NCBI GenBank assembly: GCA_964599885.1
Contig: CAZRHH010000008.1
Span: 22,599 to 86,598, forward strand
From: an uncultured Dehalococcoidia bacterium
GTDB lineage: Bacteria; Chloroflexota; Dehalococcoidia; DSTF01; JACRBR01
DNA length: 64,000 nt
Direction: 5' to 3'
A program made the position numbers and the translations under genes. This document shows positions 1-8,179 of the stretch, one piece after another. Every line of letters begins with the position of its first letter. Position 1 is the first letter of the stretch. A model generated the notes under the pieces. The model had not been told where the DNA came from. It saw nothing but the letters and a program-made list of their open reading frames with translations, and ran no database searches.

Positions 1-1241
1 GACCAGAGCCGCTTCGCTTCGGCGATGTCTTCGGCGCGTTCCGGACGATAGCCGGGCAGCGTGCGCAGCTCGTCGTCGGGGATCGCCCAGCGGTTCAGGG
101 CGGGCGGGATGGGGCCCGAGAGTTTCGCAGAGGGGTTTCCGTCCATTGGCGGGTACAACAGCGCCAGTAGAGCCTGACGATCGATCGCCAGATGGATGGC
201 GCGCCGCGCGCGGTCATCGGCGAACGGCGGGCGATCGAGGAGGAAGCGGCTCGCCAGCACGCCGCCGGCGTCCGTTTCTTCGAGCACGATGTCATCGAGA
301 TTGGTCTTGCGTTCGAGATCCAGCGCGGCGGGGTCGACGAATCCTGTGGAGTCGACGATACGGCGGGAGAACGCGGCGCGCTGGAACGTGTCCTCTTGCG
401 GCGAGAGGTACGCGTCGTAGCCATCGAGGAATGGACGGCGCCCGCCGGCGCCCAGCGGATCGTCGTCACGCGCGAACCAGAAGGCATTGCGCCGCAGCCG
501 CGCCACGACGCCGGGCTCGAACGCATCGAGGAAGAACGGACCGCTGCCGATCATACCGAGGTCGCCGAAAATCTCGTCGCCAGCGCGATCGACGACCTCA
601 CGGGGGATGATCGCCGCGTGCCGGTCGGCGAGCATGCTCTCGAACGATGCCACCTGCGTTTTGAGGCGGATGGTGAGGGTATGAGGGTCCTCGACGTCGA
701 TGGTTTCGATCGCGTTCCACGAACTCTGGCGGAAGAACCGCCGCGACGAAGGCGTGTCGCGGCTGAGCTGACGTTCGATGCTGTACCGCACGTCATCAGC
801 GTCGAGGACGCGGCCGGCGGCTTTCGGGAACGCCAGCCTGTGCTTCAGTTCGTTGTGAAACGCGACGCCCGAACGCAGCTTGATGATGTACGTCAGGTCG
901 TCGGGGTGCTGGATGCTCTCCGCGAGATCGGGCGCGATGACGCCGGATACTTCGTCGGCGTACTGCATCACCTTGCTGAACACGGCCGAGTGGACGTTGA
1001 CGATCGGACCGAACTGCGTCAGATGCGGGTCGATGGCGTCGTAGAGCGAGGCATCGAAGTTGTACACGCGCAGGATGCCGCCACGCGACGACGGCGGCGT
1101 GAGGGAGGGAGACGGCGATGGCTCCGGTGTGCCAGCGACACGCTCGTCGGGATCGCCGCAGCCGACGGCGGCGGCCGCGACGCCTGTTGCGGCGAGCGCA
1201 GCCGTCGTGCGCAACAAGCGGCGGCGCGAGATGCGGCTCAT
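1..1241 (-). CDS. ABC transporter substrate-binding lipoprotein, family 5 (peptide/nickel type); 5' part only, 3' end lies beyond window start
   Basis: Absent from the ORF track because it has no in-window stop. Hand translation of the minus strand from ATG 1241..1239 gives MSRISRRRLLRTTAALAATGVAAAAVGCGD (twin-arginine signal plus lipobox Cys). It continues GGILRVYNFDASLYDAIDPH... and stays open to nt 1 (...LPGYRPERAEDIAEAKRLW). The listed 192..1313 + ORF is its Arg/Asp-rich antisense shadow. Confidence 0.75.
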   Translation of the reverse strand, partial: MSRISRRRLLRTTAALAATGVAAAAVGCGDPDERVAGTPEPSPSPSLTPPSSRGGILRVYNFDASLYDAIDPHLTQFGPIVNVHSAVFSKVMQYADEVSGVIAPDLAESIQHPDDLTYIIKLRSGVAFHNELKHRLAFPKAAGRVLDADDVRYSIERQLSRDTPSSRRFFRQSSWNAIETIDVEDPHTLTIRLKTQVASFESMLADRHAAIIPREVVDRAGDEIFGDLGMIGSGPFFLDAFEPGVVARLRRNAFWFARDDDPLGAGGRRPFLDGYDAYLSPQEDTFQRAAFSRRIVDSTGFVDPAALDLERKTNLDDIVLEETDAGGVLASRFLLDRPPFADDRARRAIHLAIDRQALLALLYPPMDGNPSAKLSGPIPPALNRWAIPDDELRTLPGYRPERAEDIAEAKRLW

Positions 1242-1317
1242 CGGGGCGCGTCCAAGATCATGCGCACGCGAGTAGCGATTGAGAGTGGGCCGCCGCGTAC
1301 CGCGCATAGCTGATGCG

Positions 1318-3594
1318 TCACGCTGATACTTTGGACAGCTCCGGCTCGCCGAGCTCGTCGACGGAGCCCTTCCAGTCGCAGGCGGTGCATTTTGCGTTGC
1401 CCTTGCCCGCCATGACGACGAGCGCTTCGCACGTCGGACACGGCTGCGGCAGTGGCCGCGACCAGCTCGTGAAGTCGCAGTCCGGGTAGTTGGCGCAGGA
1501 GTAGAAGATCCGGCCGCGCTTGCTCTTCTTTTCGACGATTTCGCCGGCGTCCTTCGGGCAGGCGACGCCCACCTTCTTGAGCAGCGGCCGCGAGCCCTTG
1601 CACTCCGGATAGCGCGAGCACGCCAGGAACGGGCCGAACCTGCCCCGCTTGACGACCATCGCGGATTCACACTCGGTGCATCTTTCGTCGCTGACCTGCT
1701 GGGCCTGCGCCGCTTCCTCACCAACGGGGCGCGTGGTCTTGCATTCCGGGTAGCCGGTGCAGGCGAGAAACTGGCCGAACCGGCCCCACTTCTGCACCAT
1801 CGGCTGGCCGCAGTTTTCGCACTTCTCATCGGTCGCTTGTTCGACGCGCGGGGCATCGGCAGCCGCTTCGAGTTCTTTCAGCAACGGCGCGTAGAACTCC
1901 TGGACGACAGGCGCCCACGGGCGGTCGCCGCTGGCCACTTCGTCGAGTTCGTCCTCCATGCGGGCCGTAAACCCGGGATCGACGATCCCCGGGAATCGCT
2001 CCGACATCATGTCGGCGACGACGAGTCCAAGTTCATCGGGCTTCAGCGCGCGGCCGTCCTTGCGCACGTAGCCGCGGTCCTGGATCGTCGACATCGTTGG
2101 CGCGTACGTGGACGGCCGGCCGATGCCGTTCTCTTCGAGCGCCTTGACCAACGTCGCCTCGGTGTATCGCGGCGGAGGCTCGGTGAAGTGCTGGCCGGGC
2201 TTCACTTCGAGCTTGCGGAGCGCATCGCCAGCGTTCAGCTCGGGCAACGACTTCTCTTCGTCTTCGTCGCCCTCCGTGTCGCGGCCTTCGATGTACACCT
2301 GCCGGAAGCCGGCGAAGCGCATGTGGCTCGCGTTGGCGCGCAGCAGATACGGCGCCGGCTGCGTTGCCACGGACGCGTCAATCTCGACGCTCATCTGGTC
2401 GAAGATCGCGTCGGCCATCTGCGAGGCGAGCAGACGTTGCCAGATCAGCCCGTACAGCTTTTGCTGATCGTTGGACAACGACGCCTTCATGCTTGGCGGA
2501 TCGCGGAACGCAGACGTCGGGCGGATCGCTTCGTGCGCTTCCTGCGCGCCCTTCGATTTCGTCTTGTACGCGCGCGGCGCCTCCGGCAGGAAGTCGGCGC
2601 CATAGCGCTCGCCGATGAACGCACGCGCTTCGTCGCGCGCCACCTGGGCGATGTTCAGTGAATCGGTACGCATGTACGTAATGAGGCCAACCTGACCCTC
2701 GCCAGGGATGTCGAGTCCTTCGTAGAGCTGTTGCGCGACAGCCATCGTGCGCTTCGCCGAGAAGCCGAAGCGTCGCGACGCTTCCTGCTGCAGCGTGCTC
2801 GTCGTGAACGGCGGCGATGGGCGGCGCAGTTGCTGCTTCTTCTTCACGTCGCGCACGGCGTACGCGGCGCTGTTCAGGTCGGCGACGATGGAGCCTGCAA
2901 GTTCGCCGTTGTTGATCTCGGCTTTCCGCGTGCCGGGCAACCCGGCGAGGCGTGCGGTGAACGCCAGATCATCGCTATCGGCGGCGCGCGCGACGCGGGC
3001 GTCGATGGTCCAGTACTCCTGCGGGATGAACGCTTCGATCTCGCGCTCGCGGTCGACGACCATGCGCAACGCGACCGACTGGACGCGCCCCGCGCTCAGC
3101 CCGTAGCGGATCTTCTGCCAGAGGAACGGGCTGATCTTGTACCCGACGAGGCGATCCAGCACACGCCGGGCCTGCTGGGCGTCGACGAGGTGCATGTCGA
3201 TCTCGCGCGGGTGGTTGAAGGCATCCTTCACCGCGTCGGACGTGATCTCGTGGAACTCGACGCGCTGGTGGGGCTTTTCACCCAGCTCCATGGCCTTGAG
3301 CAGGTGCCAGGAGATCGCTTCGCCCTCGCGGTCGGGGTCAGTGGCGAGGTACACGGTAGCGGCCTTCTTCGCCGCTTCCTTGAGCTTCTTGACGATGTCC
3401 TCTTTATCTTTGGGAACGATGTACTTCGGTTCGAAGTCGTTCTCGACATTCACGCCGAGGCCCGACTTCGGCAGGTCGCGCACGTGTCCGACAGACGCCT
3501 GCACGTCGTATTCCTTGCCGAGTATGTTGGATAGCGTCCGTGCCTTTGCCGGTGATTCGACGATCACCAGGCTCCTTGTTTTCGCCTTTGCCAT
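1318..3594 (-). CDS. topA: DNA topoisomerase I
   Basis: 758-aa ORF. N-terminus MAKAKTRSLVIVESPAKARTL is the TOPRIM/topo IA signature. The C-terminus has repeated Cys4 zinc ribbons (CENCGQPMV..CTGYPECK, CTECESAMV..CSRYPECK). AGGAG lies just upstream of ATG 3594. Confidence 0.97.
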   Translation of the reverse strand: MAKAKTRSLVIVESPAKARTLSNILGKEYDVQASVGHVRDLPKSGLGVNVENDFEPKYIVPKDKEDIVKKLKEAAKKAATVYLATDPDREGEAISWHLLKAMELGEKPHQRVEFHEITSDAVKDAFNHPREIDMHLVDAQQARRVLDRLVGYKISPFLWQKIRYGLSAGRVQSVALRMVVDREREIEAFIPQEYWTIDARVARAADSDDLAFTARLAGLPGTRKAEINNGELAGSIVADLNSAAYAVRDVKKKQQLRRPSPPFTTSTLQQEASRRFGFSAKRTMAVAQQLYEGLDIPGEGQVGLITYMRTDSLNIAQVARDEARAFIGERYGADFLPEAPRAYKTKSKGAQEAHEAIRPTSAFRDPPSMKASLSNDQQKLYGLIWQRLLASQMADAIFDQMSVEIDASVATQPAPYLLRANASHMRFAGFRQVYIEGRDTEGDEDEEKSLPELNAGDALRKLEVKPGQHFTEPPPRYTEATLVKALEENGIGRPSTYAPTMSTIQDRGYVRKDGRALKPDELGLVVADMMSERFPGIVDPGFTARMEDELDEVASGDRPWAPVVQEFYAPLLKELEAAADAPRVEQATDEKCENCGQPMVQKWGRFGQFLACTGYPECKTTRPVGEEAAQAQQVSDERCTECESAMVVKRGRFGPFLACSRYPECKGSRPLLKKVGVACPKDAGEIVEKKSKRGRIFYSCANYPDCDFTSWSRPLPQPCPTCEALVVMAGKGNAKCTACDWKGSVDELGEPELSKVSA

Positions 3595-3971
3595 AGTCTC
3601 CTGTCACTTCCCGCTGTCCGCGGCCCGGTTGTGTATACCCGAGCGATCCACGTCACAACAGGTATTCGGCCTATACGCACCCTCGCTGCACCCGAGTTCC
3701 CCCGCCAGCCCGGGACTTCCAGCCTGACGCAGGGCGCCCGTTCGCAGCCAGTCGCTTTTGAGCGTAGCAGAATTGTCAAGTGGCGCCCGCGGAACGGACT
3801 CCAGCTTCGTACGCCGTCCGAGATTGGCGTCCCTTCCCGATTCCAGTAGCATGGAAAACGAGTCCGCCAGGCATCCTGCCTGGGCGTTCCGGTCGAAATG
3901 AGGGCGGTTGAGGGGGTCAGGCCGGTTCACGGCATGACACGGAGGGGCGATCATCGAAACTGGAACGCGCG

Positions 3972-3987
3972 TCCGGCTGAAGCCGGA
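3972..3987. repeat. Short GC hairpin TCCGGC-TGAA-GCCGGA, loosely related to the REP-like family
   Basis: 6-bp stem with a TGAA loop inside the 570-bp dprA-topA spacer. The GGCTGAAGCC core resembles the hairpins at 6819 and 18828. The CTAC tail is absent. Confidence 0.3.
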
Positions 3988-4164
3988 ACTCTTTAATTAT
4001 AGCCGACCACACCTGCTCTTTCACGCCCGCCAGGCGGACGTTGGCGTGGTCTCGCCGCCATCGAAGCAGTCACCGGCGATGGCGCGCCTGTACACGATCG
4101 TCCATTTCGAGCAGTGCGGTCACGACCACCGCGTACTGGCCGACGAGATCGAACGGGTGACGGA

Positions 4165-5283
4165 CTAGCGCACGGCCGCGGGCGCTGCGGTAACGCCCGT
4201 CCGCACGTAGTTCATCCGGCCGACCTGCTTTACGAGCCCCTTCAGCTCCAGCATGGCGAGCGTGCTCGTCACCGTCGCGATCGGCAACCCGCTTGTACGG
4301 CGCACCTCATCGATGTGCGCGGGCTGCGCGCCGAGCAGCCTCAGTAGCGTGTGCTCGGTATCGTCCGCTGGTACCAGTTCCGTCATCTCGATCTGGTGCG
4401 AGGCCATGCTCAGGTTGAGTTCCTCGAGTACGTCCTGCACGTCCAGGGTCAGTTTGGCCTCGCCATCCTGGATCAGTTTGTTCGTGCCGCGCGAGTTCGG
4501 CGAGTAGATGCTGCCCGGAATCGCGAAGACCTCCCGATTCTGTTCGAGCGCCTGCCTGGCCGTGATGAGCGCGCCGCTCTTTATGTCACCTTCGATCACC
4601 AGCACGCCGAGCGAGATGCCGCTGAGAATGCGGTTCCGGCGCGGGAAGAATTCGCTGCGGGGCTGTGTACCGATGGCGTAATCGCTGATCAGCGCGCCGC
4701 GCTCCACGATCTGGTCGGCGAGACGCTTGTGTTCCGGGGGATAGACCATGTCGAGGCCGCACGCCAGTACAGCGATGGTGCGCCCACCAGCGTCGAGGGC
4801 AGCCCGGTGGCTGATCGCATCGACGCCACGCGCGAGGCCGCTGACGACGGTGACGCGGTTCGAAGCGAGGCCGCGCGACATCTCCTCGGCCGCTTGCCGA
4901 CCGTAGACGCTGACGCGGCGCGTACCGACGACGGCAACGCCCCACTCATCGGCCGGGGTCAGCGATCCGCGGACGTAGAGGACTGGCGGCCTATCGTAGA
5001 TTTCACGGAGCTGCCGCGGATATGGCTCGTCGTGCCAGGTGATCGCCTGGACGCCATGACGGTGCAGTAGTTCAAGCTCATCATCGGGATGAACCTTCTC
5101 ACGCGCAGCGACGATCGTCTTCACCGTGCCGGCATCGAGGCCGGCGGCGCGCAGGTCGGCTGGCCCGGCGCGCCAGGCGTGCTCGAGCGTTGTAAAGTGT
5201 TCCTCGAGCTGTGCCACGCGGACGCGGCCGACGCGCGGGACGCGGCTAAAGGCGATCCAGTACTTACGTTCTACTTCGTCCAT
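4165..5283 (-). CDS. dprA: DNA processing protein DprA (Smf), natural transformation
   Basis: ORF 4165..5520. DprA core motifs are GVAVVGTRRVSVYGR, VVSGLARGVDAISHRAAL and FFPRRNRILSGISLG, plus a C-terminal winged-helix-like tail. Start set at internal ATG 5283 (MDEVERKYW, 372 aa). The upstream 79 aa look non-homologous and run into the divergent gene. No clear SD, so the start is uncertain (alternative ATG 5391). Confidence 0.88.
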   Translation of the reverse strand: MDEVERKYWIAFSRVPRVGRVRVAQLEEHFTTLEHAWRAGPADLRAAGLDAGTVKTIVAAREKVHPDDELELLHRHGVQAITWHDEPYPRQLREIYDRPPVLYVRGSLTPADEWGVAVVGTRRVSVYGRQAAEEMSRGLASNRVTVVSGLARGVDAISHRAALDAGGRTIAVLACGLDMVYPPEHKRLADQIVERGALISDYAIGTQPRSEFFPRRNRILSGISLGVLVIEGDIKSGALITARQALEQNREVFAIPGSIYSPNSRGTNKLIQDGEAKLTLDVQDVLEELNLSMASHQIEMTELVPADDTEHTLLRLLGAQPAHIDEVRRTSGLPIATVTSTLAMLELKGLVKQVGRMNYVRTGVTAAPAAVR

Positions 5284-5489
5284 CAGGCTATTGTAGTGGC
5301 TGCGCGCCAGAATGCTAGTCGGGCGCTGGACATGTTGGGCCGTGTAGCCGCTATGATTTGCTCGCGTTCCCCTCGTCGTCCCGTAGTACATCTCGCGGCG
5401 ACGGTTGATTTTCCGCGCTGCTACCGTCAACATGCTGATCTCGCGGCTCGGCCAATGTCTTATGTTGGGGGACAGAAGGGGTTCACACT

Positions 5490-6560
5490 TTGTTTCGACT
5501 TTCAGGATTCCGGCACGCAACCTTTAGACGAGGCGCGGGTCTCGCATTAGCCGCGGTAGCTATTGCACTGTCGTTCGTTGCCGGCATGGATGAGCGTACG
5601 GCGTCAGCGGCCAACTGCTCGGAGCTGCCGTGCCTGCGCGTCGATGCGGTGCCGGGCGGCGGCGTGGACGAGACTGCATCGGTCGCCGGGACGTTTTCGG
5701 CGGACATTGTGCTCGAAGGCACTGGCGGCACCGTCGCCTCGTTTCAGTTCGTACTGCAATACAACCCGAACGTCGTGAGCGCGGTGACGCCGACATCGGT
5801 TGTGCCGGGCGGCTGGGATTGCTCGCTGTCCGCCCCATCAGCGCGTCTGCCCGAGGACAGCGGGTACGCCGATGGCGATCCTGCGACGGCGGAGGCGTAT
5901 CTTGCGTGCTTCAAATTGGATAACGGTGCAGCGAATGCGCCGGACGGTGTGATCGGACGCGTGAGCTTCTTCGTGGTCGGTTCCGGCAGTTCGAACCTGC
6001 GCTTGATGGAGCTTCTTGTCGCGGACGACGACGGAGTCGATCTCATACATTGCAGCGAAGACGTGCCGCTCGGATCCTGCACGAACGCCGCGGTGTCGAC
6101 GGGTGGTGCGCCACCGCCACCACCCCCGCCGCCTCCTGGTGGCGGCAACACATGCACAGTCGCGATCGCGCTCGATGGCGAGACGGTGCTGTGTACTGAC
6201 GGTTCGCGCGTGCGCTTCATCGGTGTCGGTTCGCCGCTCGGCGCGGACGCGGGCGCCGCCTGGGCGACGGCCGTGACGCAGTGGTTCCTCGCAGGCAAGA
6301 CGATCACCGTGCAGACGGACGGGCAGCCGGTCGATCAGTTTGGCAGCCGCTGGGCGTATGCGCTGCTCATCGGCAGTGACAGCAACGAGTACAACATTTC
6401 GGCGCTGCTGATCTTCGTCGGCATGGCGCGGCACATTCCAGACGGTGTCAACAACCTGCACAACGACTGGTTCAGCGCGGCGCAGAACTGGGCGCGTACC
6501 GCGTGCTGGAACATGTGGGATGGCGGCAACCCGTGGGGGGCAGAGGCCGGCTGCTTCTAG
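5490..6560 (+). CDS. Secreted protein: signal peptide, cohesin-like beta-sandwich, Pro9 linker, degenerate SNase (thermonuclease)-like domain
   Basis: 356-aa ORF with a TTG start and AGAAGGGG about 10 nt upstream. Hydrophobic N-terminus GAGLALAAVAIALSFVAG. The segment SFQFVLQYNPNVVSAV resembles cohesin domains. A PPPPPPPPP run lies at 6111..6137. The C-terminus LDGETV..VRFIGVGSPL..DQFGSRWAY..GMARH aligns by eye to SNase IDGDTV..FRLLLVDTPE..DKYGRGLAY. Confidence 0.7.
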   Translation: MFRLSGFRHATFRRGAGLALAAVAIALSFVAGMDERTASAANCSELPCLRVDAVPGGGVDETASVAGTFSADIVLEGTGGTVASFQFVLQYNPNVVSAVTPTSVVPGGWDCSLSAPSARLPEDSGYADGDPATAEAYLACFKLDNGAANAPDGVIGRVSFFVVGSGSSNLRLMELLVADDDGVDLIHCSEDVPLGSCTNAAVSTGGAPPPPPPPPPGGGNTCTVAIALDGETVLCTDGSRVRFIGVGSPLGADAGAAWATAVTQWFLAGKTITVQTDGQPVDQFGSRWAYALLIGSDSNEYNISALLIFVGMARHIPDGVNNLHNDWFSAAQNWARTACWNMWDGGNPWGAEAGCF

Positions 6561-6586
6561 CGCATCAACACTGCGGAGTAACAGAC

Positions 6587-6620
6587 GGCGGCGTCAAGTT
6601 GGCGCCGCCCTTTCCTTTTC
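6587..6620 (+). terminator. Intrinsic terminator after the 5490..6560 gene
   Basis: GGCGGCG (6587-6593) pairs with CGCCGCC (6603-6609) around a 9-nt loop. CTTTCCTTTTCC follows. Confidence 0.6.
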
Positions 6621-6746
6621 CGGTGTGCGACTCCCGCGTCTCTCGATGCTGACGGCAAATCAAGCCGATGACGCTGACCGATCGGGACGGAGATAGGGTT
6701 GCGCCCCATAGTCGGTGGAGCTCTGCGCGTCGGCGTTCGCACCAGC

Positions 6747-6785
6747 GCGGCGGAGATGAAGCTCCGCCGCACATTCGATTCGTGC
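6747..6785. repeat. REP-like hairpin, subfamily GGCGGAG..GCTCCGCC + ACATTCG tail (copy 1)
   Basis: 9-bp stem GCGGCGGAG/CTCCGCCGC (6747-6755 / 6762-6770), loop ATGAAG, tail ACATTCGATTCG. Compare the copy at 22618. Confidence 0.6.
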
Positions 6786-6818
6786 TGGACTCGCGGGTGT
6801 GTCGTCGGAACAACGCGC

Positions 6819-6848
6819 GCGCGGGCTGAAAGCCCGCGCTACGGTGCG
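6819..6848. repeat. REP-like hairpin, subfamily GCGCGGGCT-RAA-AGCCCGCGC + TACG tail (copy 1)
   Basis: 9-bp stem 6819-6827 / 6831-6839 followed by TACGGTGCG. The stem is identical to the copy at 18828. Confidence 0.65.
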
Positions 6849-6889
6849 CTTATGGGGCGCCCGCAGCGACGGGAGAAGCGCGAGATCAC

Positions 6890-8179
6890 CTACGTCGTGA
6901 CGACGGGTTCGTCGCTTTCGACGAACTTGCGGGCACGTACTTTCTTGATGCGCCGGCCGAGCACGCTCAGCACGCGCAGTGTCAACCCGTCGACGCGGAC
7001 CTCATCGCCCGCAACGGGCACCTTGCCGAGATGGTGGTAGACGAAACCGCCGACGGTGTCGTAATCCTCGTCGTCGTCTGTTTCGAAGCCGAACAGTTCG
7101 GATAGCGCATCGATGCTGACGCGCGCATCGAGAATCGCTTCCGTCTCGTTGACGCGCTCGATCGGCGTCTCTTCGCGGTCGTATTCGTCCTGAATCTCGC
7201 CGACGATCTCTTCGAGCAGATCTTCGATGGTGACGAGGCCGGCAGTGCCGCCGTACTCATCGACGACGATGGCGATATGGACCTTGCTGCGCCGCAGTTC
7301 GGCGAGCAACTCGTCGACACGCTTGGACTCCGGAATGAAGTACGGCGGCCGCGCGATGTCGCGCAATGCCGGGCGGCGCGACTCGGTGACGCAGCGCAGG
7401 AGATCCTTCGCATACACGATGCCGATCACGTTGTCGATCGTCTCGTCGTACAGCGGTATGCGGCTGAACCCCTTGTCGACGATCAGCCTCAGCGCATCGT
7501 CGATGGTGTCGGTGACTTCGAGCGCCACAAGGTCGATCCGCGGCGCCATGATTTCGCGGGCGGTGGTCTCGTCCAGGCCAATGATGCCCTGGATCATCTG
7601 GCGTTCGTCTTCTTCGATCTCGCCGCCGTCGGTCTCGATCTCCGCACGGCGGAGGAGCTCTTCGGTCTCGTCCTCTTCGTCCTCATCTTCGGCGCCGACG
7701 ACGGTGCGCAGGCTGCGGTCGATCGCCCAGGCGACCGGCCCGAAGATGGCGCGAAAGACGCGAATCACGCTGACGAGGCGCAAGCCCCACTCTTCGGGAT
7801 TCCTGGACACGATGAGTCGCGGCAGTGCGTCGAGCGCGGCGAGCAGGATGACAGCGCTTGCCGCGACAACGAACAACGTGCCCCAGGAATCGCCGGTCGT
7901 GCGCGCTATGAGAAACAGGAGCAGCGCCGCGGCGAGTACGACGGCAAGTGTGCGCACGATCGCCAGCACCGCGAGCACCGATGTGCGCTCGTCCGCGTAG
8001 TTGTGGAGCAATTGCGCACGCTGTGAACCCTTGTTCGCGAGCGAGCGCAACCGCACACGGCTCGCGGCCGACACGCTTGCTTCGGCGGCCGCGACGATGA
8101 CGAGCAGCAGCAACGCCGCAGCGATGAAGATGGCGCCGATGATACTGTCGCTATTCAGAGCTGGATTCCCCCCGTTCAC
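6890..8179 (-). CDS. CNNM/DUF21-CBS-CorC_HlyC family protein (hemolysin-like, putative Mg/Co efflux-associated)
   Basis: 429-aa ORF with a GTG start. It has an N-terminal multi-TM region, a tandem CBS pair (IMAPRIDLVALEV, IGIVYAKDLL) and a C-terminal TVGGFVYHHLGKVPVAGDEV transporter-associated domain. Confidence 0.9.
   Translation of the reverse strand: MNGGNPALNSDSIIGAIFIAAALLLLVIVAAAEASVSAASRVRLRSLANKGSQRAQLLHNYADERTSVLAVLAIVRTLAVVLAAALLLFLIARTTGDSWGTLFVVAASAVILLAALDALPRLIVSRNPEEWGLRLVSVIRVFRAIFGPVAWAIDRSLRTVVGAEDEDEEDETEELLRRAEIETDGGEIEEDERQMIQGIIGLDETTAREIMAPRIDLVALEVTDTIDDALRLIVDKGFSRIPLYDETIDNVIGIVYAKDLLRCVTESRRPALRDIARPPYFIPESKRVDELLAELRRSKVHIAIVVDEYGGTAGLVTIEDLLEEIVGEIQDEYDREETPIERVNETEAILDARVSIDALSELFGFETDDDEDYDTVGGFVYHHLGKVPVAGDEVRVDGLTLRVLSVLGRRIKKVRARKFVESDEPVVTT

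Noticed and set aside
3600-3960. Possible RNase P RNA: the minus strand contains CTGGAAGTCCCGGGCTGG (plus 3706-3720), reminiscent of the GGAAAGUCCGGGCUCC core.
   Set aside because: There is an extra C in the motif. The other universally conserved RNase P blocks (for example ACAGAAAAC, the P4 pairing partner) are absent, and the flanks do not fold into the expected P1-P4 helices by eye. An Infernal scan would settle it.
4079-4168. Mini-ORF MARLYTIVHFEQCGHDHRVLADEIERVTD (29 aa, plus strand) abutting the dprA stop. It is extendable to a GTG at 4046.
   Set aside because: It has no RBS and no recognisable motif, and it sits convergent and overlapping with the dprA stop. It is most likely chance.
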